Of a DNA stretch of 64,000 bases, positions 16,879 to 25,441 are shown piece by piece. The notes beneath the pieces were generated by a model, which searched no databases, had not been told where the DNA came from, and saw only the letters and a program-made list of their open reading frames with translations. The first letter of the stretch is position 1. Each line of letters starts with the position of its first letter. Source of the stretch: Candidatus Omnitrophota bacterium (lineage in GTDB: Bacteria > Omnitrophota > Gorgyraeia > Zapsychrales > Zapsychraceae); assembly GCA_015233115.1 (NCBI GenBank), contig JADFYJ010000006.1:595-64594 (forward strand), read 5' to 3'. A program made the position numbers and the translations under genes.

Positions 16879-18129
16879 ATGTCTAATAACATCATCAAAA
16901 TGGCGCAGAAAGCTAAGCAGGCTTCCTTAATTTTGGCGACGGTCAGCTCGTCTGAAAAAAATAAGGCGCTCAAATTAATGGCCAAGGCTTTGCTGGCTAA
17001 ATCCGCGTATTTGATTTCTGAAAATAAAAAAGATTTGAATGCCGCAAAAAAAGCGGATTATGCCCAGGCTTTAATTGACCGTTTAGTTTTGAATGATAAA
17101 CGGATTCATGAAATGGCTGAGTGTTTGATTGATACCGCGAATTTACCTGATTTAATTGGCGAGACTATGGCGGTTTACAAACGTCCGAATGGGCTGGTGA
17201 TTAAAAAAGTCCGCTGTCCGATCGGCGTTGTCGGCATTATCTATGAATCGCGTCCGAATGTGACCAGTGACTGCATTGGGTTGTGTTTGAAATCCGGCAA
17301 CAGTGTTATTCTCAAAGGCGGGAAAGAGGCGGTTAATTCTAATAATGCGATTTTTAAGGTTCTTAAAGATGTTTTAAAAATGACTAAAGTTCCGGCGGAA
17401 AGCATTCAGATGATTGCCTCCACTGACCGTGACTCCATGCTGAAGATGCTGGGCTTAACGGATTATGTTGATTTAATTGTTCCGCGGGGCGGGGAAGCCT
17501 TGATCCGTTTCGTTGGCGAGAATTCGCGCATTCCGGTCATTAAACATTATAAAGGCGTTTGCCACACGTATGTGAGTCATAAAGCCAATTTAAAAATGGC
17601 GGAAGATATTTGTTTTAACGCGAAAGTCCAGCGTCCGGGCGTGTGTAATGCCATGGAAACCATGCTGGTCCATAAACAAGCGGCGAAGAAATTTTTACCG
17701 GTCATGATTGAGCGTTTTCAAAAAGCGGGGGTTGAAATCCGCGGCGATGTTAAGACCAGAGCGATTGTCAAAGGCATTAAAGCCGCGCAAGAAGAAGATT
17801 GGCCGACGGAATATCTGGATCTCATTTTAGCCGTGAAAGTGGTGGATTCTTTGAAAGAAGCCATTGATCACATCAATACTTATGGGTCGCGTCATTCAGA
17901 CACGATCGTTACGGAAAGCAAGACTGAAGCGGAGGAATTTTTCCGTTCAGTAGATTCCGCGTGCCTGTATCAGAACGCGTCTACGCGTTTTACTGACGGC
18001 TATCAATTCGGTTTCGGCGCGGAAGTCGGGATCAGCACAGATAAGATCCATGTCCGAGGTCCTATGGGGATTGAAGGGCTGACGTCCTACAAATATACGG
18101 TGTACGGGAAAGGTCAGGTCCGTTCGTGA
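16879..18129 (+). CDS. proA: Gamma-glutamyl phosphate reductase
   Basis: Aldehyde dehydrogenase-family fold. It is 416 aa and adjacent to proB. The stop is TGA. Confidence 0.85.
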   Translation: MSNNIIKMAQKAKQASLILATVSSSEKNKALKLMAKALLAKSAYLISENKKDLNAAKKADYAQALIDRLVLNDKRIHEMAECLIDTANLPDLIGETMAVYKRPNGLVIKKVRCPIGVVGIIYESRPNVTSDCIGLCLKSGNSVILKGGKEAVNSNNAIFKVLKDVLKMTKVPAESIQMIASTDRDSMLKMLGLTDYVDLIVPRGGEALIRFVGENSRIPVIKHYKGVCHTYVSHKANLKMAEDICFNAKVQRPGVCNAMETMLVHKQAAKKFLPVMIERFQKAGVEIRGDVKTRAIVKGIKAAQEEDWPTEYLDLILAVKVVDSLKEAIDHINTYGSRHSDTIVTESKTEAEEFFRSVDSACLYQNASTRFTDGYQFGFGAEVGISTDKIHVRGPMGIEGLTSYKYTVYGKGQVRS

Positions 18130-18701
18130 ACAAGATCGGCATATTAGGCGGCACTTTTAATCCTGTTCACGTCGGGCATTTGGCTGTGGCGGATTACGCG
18201 ATTGAAAAGCTGGGATTAAATAAAGTCATTTTTGTCCCTTCCGCTCTGCCGCCGCATAAATCCGCTAAAGGCGTGATTGAGGCTCATCACCGTTATGAAA
18301 TGCTCAAGATCGCGGCTGGAGAAAATCCGAAATTTGAAGTCTGTGATTTTGAGATCAAACAAGGCGGAAAATCCTACAGTGTTGACACAGTTAAATATCT
18401 GATTAGCCAATACCCGGCTAAAACAAAATTTTATTTTATTATCGGTGAAGATAATTACGCGGGGTTGGCCAAATGGAGAAATATCGACGAGCTTATGGCG
18501 CTCACCGAATTTGTGGTGGTGAGCCGGCCAGAATCCGCGCCTTGCCGGAGTGACGGAAAAGCGCGTTTTTTAAAAATGCCGGGCTTGGAGGTTTCGTCCA
18601 CATATATCAGAAAAAACATTGCGCAACGGACCAGTATTCGGTATCTTATACCTGCGGAAGTTTTGCAATATATTAAGGCGCATAAACTATATTTGTCGTA
18701 G
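18126..18701 (+). CDS. nadD: Nicotinate-nucleotide adenylyltransferase
   Basis: GILGGTFNPVHVGH (HxGH) nucleotidyltransferase motif. A GTG start overlaps the proA stop. Confidence 0.85.
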   Translation: MNKIGILGGTFNPVHVGHLAVADYAIEKLGLNKVIFVPSALPPHKSAKGVIEAHHRYEMLKIAAGENPKFEVCDFEIKQGGKSYSVDTVKYLISQYPAKTKFYFIIGEDNYAGLAKWRNIDELMALTEFVVVSRPESAPCRSDGKARFLKMPGLEVSSTYIRKNIAQRTSIRYLIPAEVLQYIKAHKLYLS

Positions 18702-18795
18702 AGTGATTTCAAGTCGTTGTAGAAAAGTATCGTTTTGGTTGTTTTTAAAAATACCATTATTGAATGAAAAGTCATTAATTTAAAAACGATTGATG

Positions 18796-18822
18796 CGGGC
18801 GATCGGGAGATCGCCCCTACGA
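18796..18822. repeat. Family-D element (reverse orientation)
   Basis: gcgggcgatcgggagatcgcccctacg, located after nadD. Confidence 0.8.
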
Positions 18823-18861
18823 AAGAAACGATTATTTAAAGTGTAACAATATTTTGCTGTT

Positions 18862-18886
18862 GTAGGGGAGATCTCCTGATCTCCCG
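18862..18886. repeat. Family-D element (forward orientation, slightly diverged)
   Basis: gtaggggagatctcctgatctcccg. Confidence 0.75.
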
Positions 18887-18988
18887 TTACAAAATTATCG
18901 TTTTTTTGTTTTATTTTTTAATAAATTAAACCGTTTTTTTATTTCAAAATAAACATTTTTAAAATATGAAAAATCGAAAGGTCATCAT

Positions 18989-20401
18989 ATGAGTAAACCT
19001 GCTATTAAATTCGGAACAGATGGTTGGAGAGCGGTTATCGCTGATACATTTACTTTTGAAAATGTTGCCATCGTGGCGCAGGCTGTTAGTGAATGGGTGA
19101 AGGATGATTTGGAACCCATTCAAAAGAAAAAAACCGTATGCGTCGGATATGATACCCGTTTTTCCTCGGCCAAATTCGCGGAAATTGTCGCGACGGTGTT
19201 AGCTGCCAATGGTATTTCGGTATTTTTATCGTCGAGCGATTGTCCGACTCCGTCGTTAAGCTATGGCATTACGCGCAAAAAAAGCGTAGCCGGCATCATG
19301 ATTACCGCCAGCCATAATCCAGGCTCATTTAACGGGATAAAAATCCGCACGAAAGAAGGCGGCGTAGCCAGCAATGATGTTACCGCCCGTTTGGAGAAAT
19401 ATATCGGAAAGCATGATGTGAAAATCATGAAACTGGATGAAGCGAAAAAAGCCAAAAAAATTATTATGGTTGATCTGCAAATTGAGCACGCGGCTTTTAT
19501 CCGTAAATATTTGGACCAGTCAAAAATTAAGAACGCCAAATTCCGCGTGTTATGTGATGTGATGCACGGTAGCGGTCGTCATTTAATGAAAGAGGTTTTA
19601 AAAGACTCCAGCATTAAACTGACCATGATGCGCGATGAAATTAACCCGTGGTTTGACGGTGGAAAACCGGAGCCTATACCGGAATATTTGCAAAATACCA
19701 TGGCCCGCGCGAAAAAAGAAAAGTTTGATATCACGTTGGTTTTAGACGGCGATGCGGACCGCATCGGCGCTATCACTTCCGACGGTGAATTTGTGTCTCC
19801 GCAGAAAATATTAGGCCTTTTGGTTTTGCATTTGATATCTAATAAAGGAAAAAAAGGCGGAGTGGTCAAGACGACATGCGGAACGACTATGATTGATAAT
19901 ATTGCTTCCGGGTTGGGCATTGATTTGTTCGAAACGCCGGTGGGTTTTAAATATATTTCTGATCTGATGGTTTCGCGTAAAATCGTTGCCGGCGGTGAAG
20001 AGGCCGGAGGCATGGGCGTGCAGGGTTTTGTCCCGGAACGCGACGGAACTTTGGCTGGATTATTATTGGTTGAGATGATGGTGTTTTATAAAAAGAACTT
20101 GAAACAGATTGTGGCGGATATGGAAAAGAAATACGGCCGTTATTATTATGAACGCGCTGATCTATCGTTGGTCGGCCGCAAATTTGATATTGATAAAGCT
20201 AAGGCTTTAAAAACTTTGTTAGGTCAGAAAGTCGTGGAAGTGAAAGATTTTGACGGCGTAAAACTGGTTTGTGAGAATGAAGACTGGCTGATGCTCCGTC
20301 CGTCAGGAACTGAACCATTAGTCCGCGCTTATTCTGAAGCCAAATCATTGCAACGGGCAAAAGATTTGTTGAAAATCGGCGAAAAACTTTTAACAGCGTA
20401 A
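18989..20401 (+). CDS. Phosphoglucomutase/phosphomannomutase family phosphohexomutase
   Basis: Active-site TASHNPGSFNGIK motif and metal-binding DGDADR. The gene is 470 aa. Confidence 0.85.
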   Translation: MSKPAIKFGTDGWRAVIADTFTFENVAIVAQAVSEWVKDDLEPIQKKKTVCVGYDTRFSSAKFAEIVATVLAANGISVFLSSSDCPTPSLSYGITRKKSVAGIMITASHNPGSFNGIKIRTKEGGVASNDVTARLEKYIGKHDVKIMKLDEAKKAKKIIMVDLQIEHAAFIRKYLDQSKIKNAKFRVLCDVMHGSGRHLMKEVLKDSSIKLTMMRDEINPWFDGGKPEPIPEYLQNTMARAKKEKFDITLVLDGDADRIGAITSDGEFVSPQKILGLLVLHLISNKGKKGGVVKTTCGTTMIDNIASGLGIDLFETPVGFKYISDLMVSRKIVAGGEEAGGMGVQGFVPERDGTLAGLLLVEMMVFYKKNLKQIVADMEKKYGRYYYERADLSLVGRKFDIDKAKALKTLLGQKVVEVKDFDGVKLVCENEDWLMLRPSGTEPLVRAYSEAKSLQRAKDLLKIGEKLLTA

Positions 20402-20536
20402 TAATAAAGCGCGCGGTTTGGCGGTTTGCATTTAAACCAAATCCTTCGCTCAAACAACCTTGGCGAAGCGCCAAGGAAACTCGCTCTGGGATTCGGTTTA
20501 AACACAAACCTTGTATTTGGGGCACGCGGTTTACCT

Positions 20537-21130
20537 ATGTTCAATAAGATTTTCTACTGGATATCTATCTTTGTTCTGCATGTCGCTCGTTGGTTGCATT
20601 TTCCGCTTAAGGTATATGGACGGGAAAATGTTCCGGCTAAAGGGCCGTTTATTATCGCGGGTAATCATCTTAGTAACCTTGATCCGGTCTTAATTCCGAT
20701 CTCTTGCCCCAGGCGTTTGAATTTCGTCGCTAAAGAAGAATTATTCAATAACAAAATATTCGGCTGGGTCCTTTTGACGTTAGGCGCGTTTCCGGTGCGC
20801 AGAGGCCAAACGGATTTGGGCGCGATTCGGGTGTTTTTAGACCGGTTAAAAACTGAACCAGTACTAATTTTCCCCGAAGGCACGCGCATGTCGGAAGGGA
20901 AAGAATTAAAAATACAAGAAGGAGTCGGCCTTCTGGTTAAAAAAACGCATTTACCTGTCGTTCCGGTCTGTGTCGAAGGAACGGATATTGTCATGCCCCG
21001 CGGCGCTAAAACCATGAAACGCCATCCCGTCACCTTAACTTTCGGAAAACCCATTTCTTTCGATCCAGGCCTTTCCCGCGAAGAAATCGCTTATGCTGTT
21101 CTGCAGAAGATATATGAATTGAAAAAATAG
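20537..21130 (+). CDS. plsC: 1-acyl-sn-glycerol-3-phosphate acyltransferase (PlsC family)
   Basis: Acyltransferase NHxxxxD block (AGNHLSNLDP) and FPEGTR block. The ATG at 20537 is preferred over the extended ORF-track start. Confidence 0.8.
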   Translation: MFNKIFYWISIFVLHVARWLHFPLKVYGRENVPAKGPFIIAGNHLSNLDPVLIPISCPRRLNFVAKEELFNNKIFGWVLLTLGAFPVRRGQTDLGAIRVFLDRLKTEPVLIFPEGTRMSEGKELKIQEGVGLLVKKTHLPVVPVCVEGTDIVMPRGAKTMKRHPVTLTFGKPISFDPGLSREEIAYAVLQKIYELKK

Positions 21131-21205
21131 ATTTTCAAGTCACCTTGCCCCTTATCAATATATATGTTATATTTCCGCTAATTCTAATAAGACAAGGGAT
21201 AGTTT

Positions 21206-24200
21206 ATGTCTCAATTTCGTTTTAGTTTTTGGACTAAATTGGTGTGTTCTTTTTTGTCAGTGATTTTTGCCTTGCAATGCGTTTATCCTTTGCAAGCCGC
21301 GAAAGCTGATGTCTTAACCCTTCCGGCTCCTGGATCAATGGTCAGCATGAGTCCGGCATTCGTTCCAACTTTATTGCGCGGCATGACTGTTCATCCTGAT
21401 AATCCGCTTCGCTTTGATTTTATTTTAGATAAGGGCGAAGCGGAGTCACAAGGTCACAAAGACACAAGGTCACAAAGGGAAATAAGAATTGAAACGGAAA
21501 AGTTGGTAAATTATTTCCTCGCGTCTATGACAGTTCCAGAAAAAGATTTATGGGTCAATCTTTCCCCGAACGAACCAAACCGGATTGTTTCCAAAGATTT
21601 AGGCAAAACTGAAATGGGCCGGGATTTGCTGGCTCAAGATTATATCCTAAAACAATTAACGGCTTCTTTAATGCAGCCGGATGGAGAAGCAGGCAGGGAA
21701 TTGTGGTCCAGAATTTATGAACGGGCTAAAAAAGAATTAAACACGACAGATATCCCTTTAGACACTTTTAACAAAGTCTGGATCCTGCCCGAAAGCGCGA
21801 CCATTTACGAACACAACAATACCGTCTATATCACAGACGCGAAATTGAAGGTTATGACAGATAGTGATTATAATACTAGTTTTAAACAAACTGTCATTCC
21901 CGCGAAAGCGGGAATCCAATTAACTTCTTTAATTAAAAAAATTATCATCCCCGAAATCGAAAAAGAAGTGAACACCGGCAAAAATTTTGCCCAGCTTCGC
22001 CAGATTTATTATTCACTCATTCTCGCCAAATGGTACAAAGACGTAGTCCGAAACAGTCTGCTTGAGAAAGTGTATATTGGAAAAAATAAAGTCGACGGCC
22101 TTGATTTAAACCCAAACCAAACACTTTCTCCGGCCAATATTTACAAACAATACATGTCCGCCTTCAAACAAGGCGTTTACAACAAAATTAAAGAAGAATA
22201 CGACCCCCAAACTCAGCAAATCATAGCCCGAAAATATTTTTCCGGCGGGTTTCAAGACACGGCCATGACCATTAAACAAGCCGACGCAGCGCAGATTACT
22301 CAGGCGCAAGAAGGCGAACAAAGTAGTGTGGCCGTCACATTAGACAACATTTCTGTAAGTCAAGAACCAGAAATAACTGAAAAAAATTTAAATGATTCTG
22401 AACGGATTATTTATAATAAAATTCAATTTCCTGTTTCTCCGGCACTTATCAGAGAAATTAAGAAGAGTAAGAAATTAGCCGAGACATTTTGTCTAATAAC
22501 TGGTATGGAGAAAAATGATTCGTTGCTGGCACAATTTTTGTTGTTTCATTTGTTTATCCGTATGTCAAAAGCAGAAGAGGGAGCTGTTGCAAATGAATTT
22601 TATTCATCGGCAGGTTTATTAAATCCATCTTATCAAGAAAGGCTGCCGGACGAATTAAGAAAAGATCCTCTTAAAGTGTTAAATGATTTTTTAACTGAAA
22701 CTGGGAGGGAAGAACTGCGTGCTAAGAATTTTGAAAATTGGGATGACTTCAAAGATTATTTGCTGAAAACTGATCAAGAGCCGTTATGGGAAATTTTTCA
22801 AGAATGGGTTGCTGCGCTGCCATATCGGAAATTTTTTGAGTTAGCGCATATTGAAAAAGCAGCGCAGTTTTTAAGTACCCGTCCGGATATGGTCCCTGAA
22901 GGTTTCCGGGAATCATTTGAAGTATTTCAAGACCGTGGAAAACCTGCGCCGATCGAAGAAATCGTGTCTGTTGTTGAAGATAATTATGGTCCTTTGGAAA
23001 ATTTATGTGAGAAGCGGCAGGATATCAAGGAAGGAGATAATCCTTATTTAAAACGGCTTAATGTGGGTACTGTCGCCGATACATTTTTGGTGACTTTAAA
23101 GAATGGTCAGCAGGAAGCTTGGAAAATCGTGGCTCCAAGCAAAGAAGCAAAGATTCGTCAAGGTCTTGAAACGCTGCGGGAAGTTATGGGTGAACTCGAA
23201 AAAAACAAAGTTTTTTTTGCCGGCAATGAAACTATCCGGTTATCCCCTGTAAGATTTTTTAAGGAATTTGAAAAAGCAGTGCTCAGAGAACTGGATATGA
23301 ATACTGAAGCAAAGCAGGCACGCGATATGATCCCTCATTTTCCAAAAGGGTTTGCTAAACCTGAAATTAGAGAAAGTAAAAAGCAGATCCTTCGCATGGG
23401 TTTTATCAATGGAACTAAAATAACTTTAGTTACGGACACTGAAATTAGAAAACGCCTAGCGAAAAAGATATTGCCTTTAATTGGTTTACAGGCGTTAGGA
23501 GATGAAATTTTTCATGCGGATCCCCACCCGGGAAATATTTTTTATATTGAAGAAACCGGTGAGATTGTTCTTTTTGATTTTGGTCAGGTGGGGTATTTGA
23601 CGAAGTCCGTGCGAAGGGATTTGGTAAATTTGGCGGTTCAAATTTTACAGCATAGAGAGCAGCGCGGTTTACATCAGGTCATGTACCATGCTATAGGGAA
23701 AATTTTACAATCCAAAATTGCTGCGAAAATGGCAAGATGGGGTTTATTTAATTATTATTGGTATCAAGAGCAAAAAAATCAGAAGAGACCCCAATCTAGC
23801 CCGGATTCAATCCGAAAAACAGAAAATCGACAGAAAGATCACGAATCTGAAATATCATTTGAATCCACCTTGGACTTTGATGATGTGCTTAAAAAAATGG
23901 TTGAAACGACACCCCTTAATATTGATGAAATTTTGGATTTTCTTGAGTTAAAAGGGATACAGAATACAGGATATAACCGTGACAGTTTACACGCAAAAAT
24001 ATCTGAAATCCTCACATCAAAAAGTATTCAAGGGTGGAAAGAGCAACAGCCTTATATTATGGTTGACCGCCTTGTGTATGAAGCAGAAGCTCTTGGGTTG
24101 ATTATTCAGACGCCATATTCTTCCATCATATCGCATATAATGACGTTTGCTCATAAATATGCAGATATGGACGACAATATTGAAGCGGATGAGATCGGAT

Positions 24201-25441
24201 TTAAAACCGAAGTCTCTTCAATTCTGAGATTCCGAAGGGAAGGCGAAAGCATTTTTCCTGTTGTACACCGCATCTTTTTAGCCGCAGACCGGTTTGGATA
24301 TCCGATATTGTCATCTGCCTCAATGCTGATCAAATCCTTACTTTTAGCCGAAGGCGTCCAACGGACGCTGAAACAAAATTTGGAAGGCAGGAATGATTCA
24401 AACGATTCAGCCATGACCATCAAACACGCCGACGCCGCGCAGATAACCCGTGCACAAGTAGGCGAACAAAGTCGAGGCAAAGTTACATTGTCTGATCATG
24501 CGATGCAACAAATTATTTTACCGGATTACGCTGGCAATTTAGACCCATTAGCCTTAGGTGAAAAGCCTAGGAAAGTGATTGAATTAATGCGGAAGGGGCT
24601 CAATGTTCCGAAATTTTTTGTCATAAAATCTAATGGGACGGGAAAACTGGAAATTACAGATGAATTAAGGCGGGTTTTTGATTCTTTTAAAAAACCGGTT
24701 ATTGTCCGCAGTGCGCATCCTATGGAAGGCGGCGAACATCCCTTTCCTGGTATATTTAACAGTTACTCAGCAGTCAGTTATTTGGCTTTCGAAGATATTC
24801 CTGATGGTATACGGCCTGATGCCGAGGGCAAATGGGATAAAGATCCATTAAGCGTTGATTGGGCATATGAAGATATGGTGGAAACAGCATCACCAGATTG
24901 GAATGATAAATTAGATAAATATTTGAAAGCCAATGCTATTAAAGATTTTGATCCAAAAGCAATGGATGCGGTTTTGATGGAACAAGTTGACGTGGAAGTG
25001 TTTGGTATGTTTTTTACAGAAAGCCAAATCCATCCTAATAAAATTGAGATTCGTTATATTATCCCAGACACAAATGATGGCGGAATTATATTGTTTGATA
25101 AAACAACTCAATCACTCGAAGAAAATTCTTTACCACAACGTATCCAGGAAGTTCTTACGGAATTTGGAAAAACTGCGCAAAAGATTCATGACATATATGG
25201 TTTTCAACAAATTGAGTTAGCGTCTTCTAAAATTGATAAAAAGGTTTATGTTTTTCAATCCAGAAATTTTCCTATTGGCGATCCAAACAACGTGGCTCGT
25301 TATCCTGAATATCAAACCATCATGACGCCTAATGCGGTACTTGGTTATGGTGATTATAATCTGCCGGTTATAGTTTTAGATGGGTTAGATAGTGTCACAA
25401 AATATAAGGAAGATCCAAAATATCGAGCCTTGAGTGAATAA
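21206..25441 (+). CDS. Giant multidomain protein: signal peptide/anchor + unknown N-domain + UbiB/ABC1-type atypical kinase domain + PPDK_N/PEP-utilising-enzyme ATP-grasp-like domain; internal repeats
   Basis: N-terminus MSQFRFSFWTKLVCSFLSVIFALQCVYPLQAAKA is signal-like. The ABC1/UbiB hallmarks LSTRPDMVP, AWKIVAP (Lys), HADPHPGNIFY and DFG are present. At the C-terminus, ...NVPKFFVIKSNG... and KPVIVRSAHPMEGGEHPFPGIFNSYSAV resemble PPDK_N VAVRSSAxxEDxxxxSFAGQ. The motif SAMTIK[QH]ADAAQIT appears twice. Confidence 0.6.
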   Translation: MSQFRFSFWTKLVCSFLSVIFALQCVYPLQAAKADVLTLPAPGSMVSMSPAFVPTLLRGMTVHPDNPLRFDFILDKGEAESQGHKDTRSQREIRIETEKLVNYFLASMTVPEKDLWVNLSPNEPNRIVSKDLGKTEMGRDLLAQDYILKQLTASLMQPDGEAGRELWSRIYERAKKELNTTDIPLDTFNKVWILPESATIYEHNNTVYITDAKLKVMTDSDYNTSFKQTVIPAKAGIQLTSLIKKIIIPEIEKEVNTGKNFAQLRQIYYSLILAKWYKDVVRNSLLEKVYIGKNKVDGLDLNPNQTLSPANIYKQYMSAFKQGVYNKIKEEYDPQTQQIIARKYFSGGFQDTAMTIKQADAAQITQAQEGEQSSVAVTLDNISVSQEPEITEKNLNDSERIIYNKIQFPVSPALIREIKKSKKLAETFCLITGMEKNDSLLAQFLLFHLFIRMSKAEEGAVANEFYSSAGLLNPSYQERLPDELRKDPLKVLNDFLTETGREELRAKNFENWDDFKDYLLKTDQEPLWEIFQEWVAALPYRKFFELAHIEKAAQFLSTRPDMVPEGFRESFEVFQDRGKPAPIEEIVSVVEDNYGPLENLCEKRQDIKEGDNPYLKRLNVGTVADTFLVTLKNGQQEAWKIVAPSKEAKIRQGLETLREVMGELEKNKVFFAGNETIRLSPVRFFKEFEKAVLRELDMNTEAKQARDMIPHFPKGFAKPEIRESKKQILRMGFINGTKITLVTDTEIRKRLAKKILPLIGLQALGDEIFHADPHPGNIFYIEETGEIVLFDFGQVGYLTKSVRRDLVNLAVQILQHREQRGLHQVMYHAIGKILQSKIAAKMARWGLFNYYWYQEQKNQKRPQSSPDSIRKTENRQKDHESEISFESTLDFDDVLKKMVETTPLNIDEILDFLELKGIQNTGYNRDSLHAKISEILTSKSIQGWKEQQPYIMVDRLVYEAEALGLIIQTPYSSIISHIMTFAHKYADMDDNIEADEIGFKTEVSSILRFRREGESIFPVVHRIFLAADRFGYPILSSASMLIKSLLLAEGVQRTLKQNLEGRNDSNDSAMTIKHADAAQITRAQVGEQSRGKVTLSDHAMQQIILPDYAGNLDPLALGEKPRKVIELMRKGLNVPKFFVIKSNGTGKLEITDELRRVFDSFKKPVIVRSAHPMEGGEHPFPGIFNSYSAVSYLAFEDIPDGIRPDAEGKWDKDPLSVDWAYEDMVETASPDWNDKLDKYLKANAIKDFDPKAMDAVLMEQVDVEVFGMFFTESQIHPNKIEIRYIIPDTNDGGIILFDKTTQSLEENSLPQRIQEVLTEFGKTAQKIHDIYGFQQIELASSKIDKKVYVFQSRNFPIGDPNNVARYPEYQTIMTPNAVLGYGDYNLPVIVLDGLDSVTKYKEDPKYRALSE

